From Escherichia phage Gluttony_ev152, in sequence record NC_073087.1: a stretch of DNA of 44,825 nucleotides; one strand, 5' to 3'. Below, piece by piece: positions 42,191 through 44,825 of this stretch. Positions within the stretch are counted from its first letter, which is position 1; each line of letters starts with the position of its first letter. The notes beneath the pieces are model-generated. The model had not been told where the DNA came from. It made no database searches and saw nothing but the letters and a program-made list of their open reading frames with translations. Both the position numbers and the translations under genes were made by a program.

Positions 42191-44602
42191 ATGGCAGCGG
42201 GTACGCTATCCGTAACGAACAATAGCAAGGCGGTAGTAGGGGTCGGCACCACGTTTACCGCGTTTAAAGCTGGCGACTTCTTAACGTTGGTGGTAGGACA
42301 AGTCCCATACACCGTGGCAATCGCGTCCATTGAAAGCGCAACCGCGCTTACGCTGGTGCTGCCGTTCGACGGCCCAACGGCAACCGGCCTTGCGTGGGAC
42401 GGCGTTAAGCGCGATACCATGTCACTGGCAACGATGGGCGTTACCGTACAGGCACAGAAAGCGTTGCGATTGATGATCGCAGATGAAAACAACTGGCGCG
42501 CTATCTTCGGCGAAGAAGAAGAAATCTCGGTCACGCTACCGAACGGTCAAGTGGTGCAGGGTATGTCGTGGGGCTACCTGTCAAAACTGCTTAAAGACGT
42601 AGATCCTGTTGAATTGCAGGCTATCGCGGACCAGACCATCACGGCTAAAAACCAGGCGCAAGGATTCCGTAACGAGGCGGAAGGCTTCAAGAACACCGCG
42701 AATACCGCGAAAGATGCCGCAGTAGCTGCGAAGACAGCGGCGGAGACAGCTAAGTCGCAGGCCGTAACCGCTAAAGCGAAGACAGCGGCGGAGACAGCTA
42801 AGTCGCAGGCCGTAACCGCTAAAGACCAGGCCAAAGGATTTCGCGACGAGGCTGAAGGCTTCGCCAACAGCGCGGACGCGTCAAAGAAAGTGCCGTATGC
42901 TGGCGTAACATTACCGGCACCGACTGGAGTAAGGGATATGCTCAAGCGGTTGCGCGATTCGGTTAAGGGCGGCTTCTGGCGCGTCGATGATATTGCGCAG
43001 TTTCCATCTGGCGAGATGACCCCTTTCAGATACGGACCTGGCGTATGTGGCGGCGCGGGGGATACATTCTTTGCAATCAACGTTGACTGGCAAACCTCGC
43101 GCGTTAAAGTTTTCTCGGGAAACAACAACGCGATCAACGGTGCGTCGGGAAGTGTTAGCGCTATCGAACTGGCTAAGCTGGGGGCTAACGGGGACGTGGC
43201 GATCGGGGACGGCGGGACCGGTGCATCGAACGACCAGGGCGCGAGAAAAAACCTTCAGGCAATGCACGAGCGACAGGCATCGTTGGATACTGAAGATCTT
43301 AACGTCCTTCAGGGTGATAAGGCTGGGTTTTATTATCAGTCCCTGTCGGCTAACGCCACCCCCGAACGTAACTATCCTATTAACCAGGCGGGTTGTTTAC
43401 TGGTGCAAAGATCCGGTGCTAACGATCCGAAAAGCTGCATACAAACGTACACCTCATACCTTAACGGTCGGCGCTGGATTCGATGGCTGAGCAACGCGAC
43501 TACTGGCACTTGGTCCCAATGGTACGAATTATATAACGCAGGGTCGTCGCCGACTTTTTCTGGAGTAATTACTGGATCTGCGGTGCGCGCTTCCGTTGAC
43601 GGAAAGATCATAACTATTAAACCTGGCGTCAATGATGTAGTTATTCACAACTCGGCATCTAATAAATTTTTGCAATTAAAGGACGATGGCGGTCTTTCGT
43701 ATGACAACAAGCTGATCGCGTATAACGGCCTTGCCGCCAGTGGCACATTTGCTATGACCGTCCCTAGCATTAAAGTTACAACAGCCAATGGCGGATTTCG
43801 TATCGACGGAACAACGTCGACAAACAACCAGCCACTTCACGTAACAGGCTACAACTCCGCAGGCACGCGTCTTTGGTTTTTAGGGAAGGACACCGGGACG
43901 AACGCGCTATTCCTGAACGATGTTACATCGTCTAAGGTTGAGCTGATCACAGACGGCGTTGTGCTTGGTACAAAGAATTTTGCGGGCAAGGCATACGTCC
44001 AGGCCGCAAGTTTAGAGATCGACCGACCGAGCGGCAAGTATTTCAAAATGCAGAACGACGGCACCTCGTCGCACCCTGCAACCTTCAAATTATGGGGTAA
44101 CGGGTCTGAGAGGGCGTCGGTTATTGAGTGTGGTTTTGATAACGGCCCTGGGTGGGTGTTTTACGCGCAATATAACAGCAACGGCACGCGCCAGATGAAC
44201 GTTAACGGTACGGTAAACTGCACGACGGTAAACCAGTCGTCTGACCGCGAGTTGAAGGATAACATCAAGCCGATCGAGAACGCTCGCGCGGGCCTTGCTA
44301 AGATGGGCGGTTATACCTACACCCTGAAAAAAGACGGTATGCCGTACGCCGGGGTGATTGCACAGGAAGTAATGGACGTTGTGCCGGAAGCGGTGAGCAC
44401 GTTCGAAGACTACGAACACCTTGCGGGGCCAACGCAAGACGGCGAGGAACTGGTAGGGCGTCAGCGCTTCTTCCAGGTGGACTACGGCGCTATTGCGGCG
44501 TACGCGGTGCAAGTGTGTAAAGAACAGGAAGAGGAACTGGTGTCATTACGCAGCGAACTGGAGGAATTAAAAGCTGCCGTAGCGGCACTGACTAAAGCAT
44601 AA
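42191..44602 (+). CDS. tail fiber protein with C-terminal intramolecular chaperone (peptidase S74-like) domain
   Basis: 803 aa; C-terminus SDRELKDNIKPIENA ... GGYTYTLKKDG ... GVIAQEV ... QVDYGAIAAY ... coiled-coil matches the autoproteolytic chaperone domain of endosialidase and T5 L-shaped fiber type; internal 48-nt tandem duplication. Confidence 0.8.
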   Translation: MAAGTLSVTNNSKAVVGVGTTFTAFKAGDFLTLVVGQVPYTVAIASIESATALTLVLPFDGPTATGLAWDGVKRDTMSLATMGVTVQAQKALRLMIADENNWRAIFGEEEEISVTLPNGQVVQGMSWGYLSKLLKDVDPVELQAIADQTITAKNQAQGFRNEAEGFKNTANTAKDAAVAAKTAAETAKSQAVTAKAKTAAETAKSQAVTAKDQAKGFRDEAEGFANSADASKKVPYAGVTLPAPTGVRDMLKRLRDSVKGGFWRVDDIAQFPSGEMTPFRYGPGVCGGAGDTFFAINVDWQTSRVKVFSGNNNAINGASGSVSAIELAKLGANGDVAIGDGGTGASNDQGARKNLQAMHERQASLDTEDLNVLQGDKAGFYYQSLSANATPERNYPINQAGCLLVQRSGANDPKSCIQTYTSYLNGRRWIRWLSNATTGTWSQWYELYNAGSSPTFSGVITGSAVRASVDGKIITIKPGVNDVVIHNSASNKFLQLKDDGGLSYDNKLIAYNGLAASGTFAMTVPSIKVTTANGGFRIDGTTSTNNQPLHVTGYNSAGTRLWFLGKDTGTNALFLNDVTSSKVELITDGVVLGTKNFAGKAYVQAASLEIDRPSGKYFKMQNDGTSSHPATFKLWGNGSERASVIECGFDNGPGWVFYAQYNSNGTRQMNVNGTVNCTTVNQSSDRELKDNIKPIENARAGLAKMGGYTYTLKKDGMPYAGVIAQEVMDVVPEAVSTFEDYEHLAGPTQDGEELVGRQRFFQVDYGAIAAYAVQVCKEQEEELVSLRSELEELKAAVAALTKA
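42730..42825 (+). repeat. 48-nt tandem duplication inside tail fiber gene
   Basis: GAAGACAGCGGCGGAGACAGCTAAGTCGCAGGCCGTAACCGCTAAAG occurs twice back to back, encoding KTAAETAKSQAVTAK twice. Confidence 0.7.
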
Positions 44603-44605
44603 CGA

Positions 44606-44632
44606 GAAGGGGCCGCACGGCCCCTTTTTTTT
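44606..44632 (+). terminator. intrinsic terminator
   Basis: GGGGCCGCACGGCCCC plus T8 after tail fiber gene. Confidence 0.7.
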
Positions 44633-44825
44633 AGTTTGAGTTTTCCCAGTCCATTTTGCGCCTAACCAGCGGGCTTTCGTAATATTCCTTTCCTTCCACT
44701 TCCACTAAGGGCCAATCATTAACAATCACGTATGGCTCTGCGATATCCTCAATCACGCCGTGCGCGCTTTGCGGCCCTAACGATACACCCACCAGGATAA
44801 CACCGGCAACGCGACGTAACAGATA
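44631..44825 (-). CDS. hypothetical protein, 5' end outside window
   Basis: Minus-strand frame open from window edge to TAA at 44631-44633 (ends ...KEYYESPLVRRKMDWENSN); terminator hairpin directly downstream. Confidence 0.35.
   Translation of the reverse strand, partial: YLLRRVAGVILVGVSLGPQSAHGVIEDIAEPYVIVNDWPLVEVEGKEYYESPLVRRKMDWENSN

Noticed and set aside
42574-43137. Minus-strand ORF (187 aa) inside tail fiber gene
   Set aside because: Antisense to the repeat-containing part of the tail fiber ORF; reflects the tandem duplication.
1-44825. Prophage / temperate lifestyle
   Set aside because: No integrase, excisionase, CI/Cro-like repressor pair or attachment-site-like flanking repeats recognisable in the window; both ends lie within phage genes.

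Overview
This 44.8 kb window reads as a near-complete genome of a tailed dsDNA phage (siphovirus-type, probably infecting Enterobacteriaceae), cut inside genes at both ends. No integrase or CI-like repressor is visible, so a lytic lifestyle is inferred. Left arm (1-12180, minus strand): nucleotide-metabolism and replication module with HAD-like phosphatase, Dam-type adenine methyltransferase, putative C5-like methyltransferase, SNF2-family helicase, VRR-NUC nuclease, family-A DNA polymerase, DUF2815-like SSB, Cas4/DUF2800-like nuclease and two charge-block repeat proteins. A divergent promoter region (12181-12583) separates it from the rightward genes: HTH regulator, primase/helicase, small accessory ORFs, lysis cassette, HTH-metallophosphoesterase, terminase small and large subunits, portal, head morphogenesis protein, an overlapping Rz/Rz1-type spanin pair, scaffold, major capsid, connector proteins, major tail protein, G/GT chaperone with a -1 frameshift site, tape measure, lambda-like M/L/K/I/J tail-tip genes and a tail fiber with a C-terminal intramolecular-chaperone domain. 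The most unusual signal is a pair of paralogous ~200 bp cassettes (about 15300-15510 and 31790-31973) dense in GCGGGACA direct repeats and ending in an almost identical 53-nt structured element, plus two 30-bp palindromes in the second cassette. A second recurrent signal is a TTGGTTGCA(C) motif embedded in most intergenic promoters. Other candidates: a reverse-oriented moron in the head module, and a reverse-oriented lipoprotein plus beta-helix-like protein between J and the tail fiber. All protein-family calls rest on motif recognition by eye; no database search or HMM was run.
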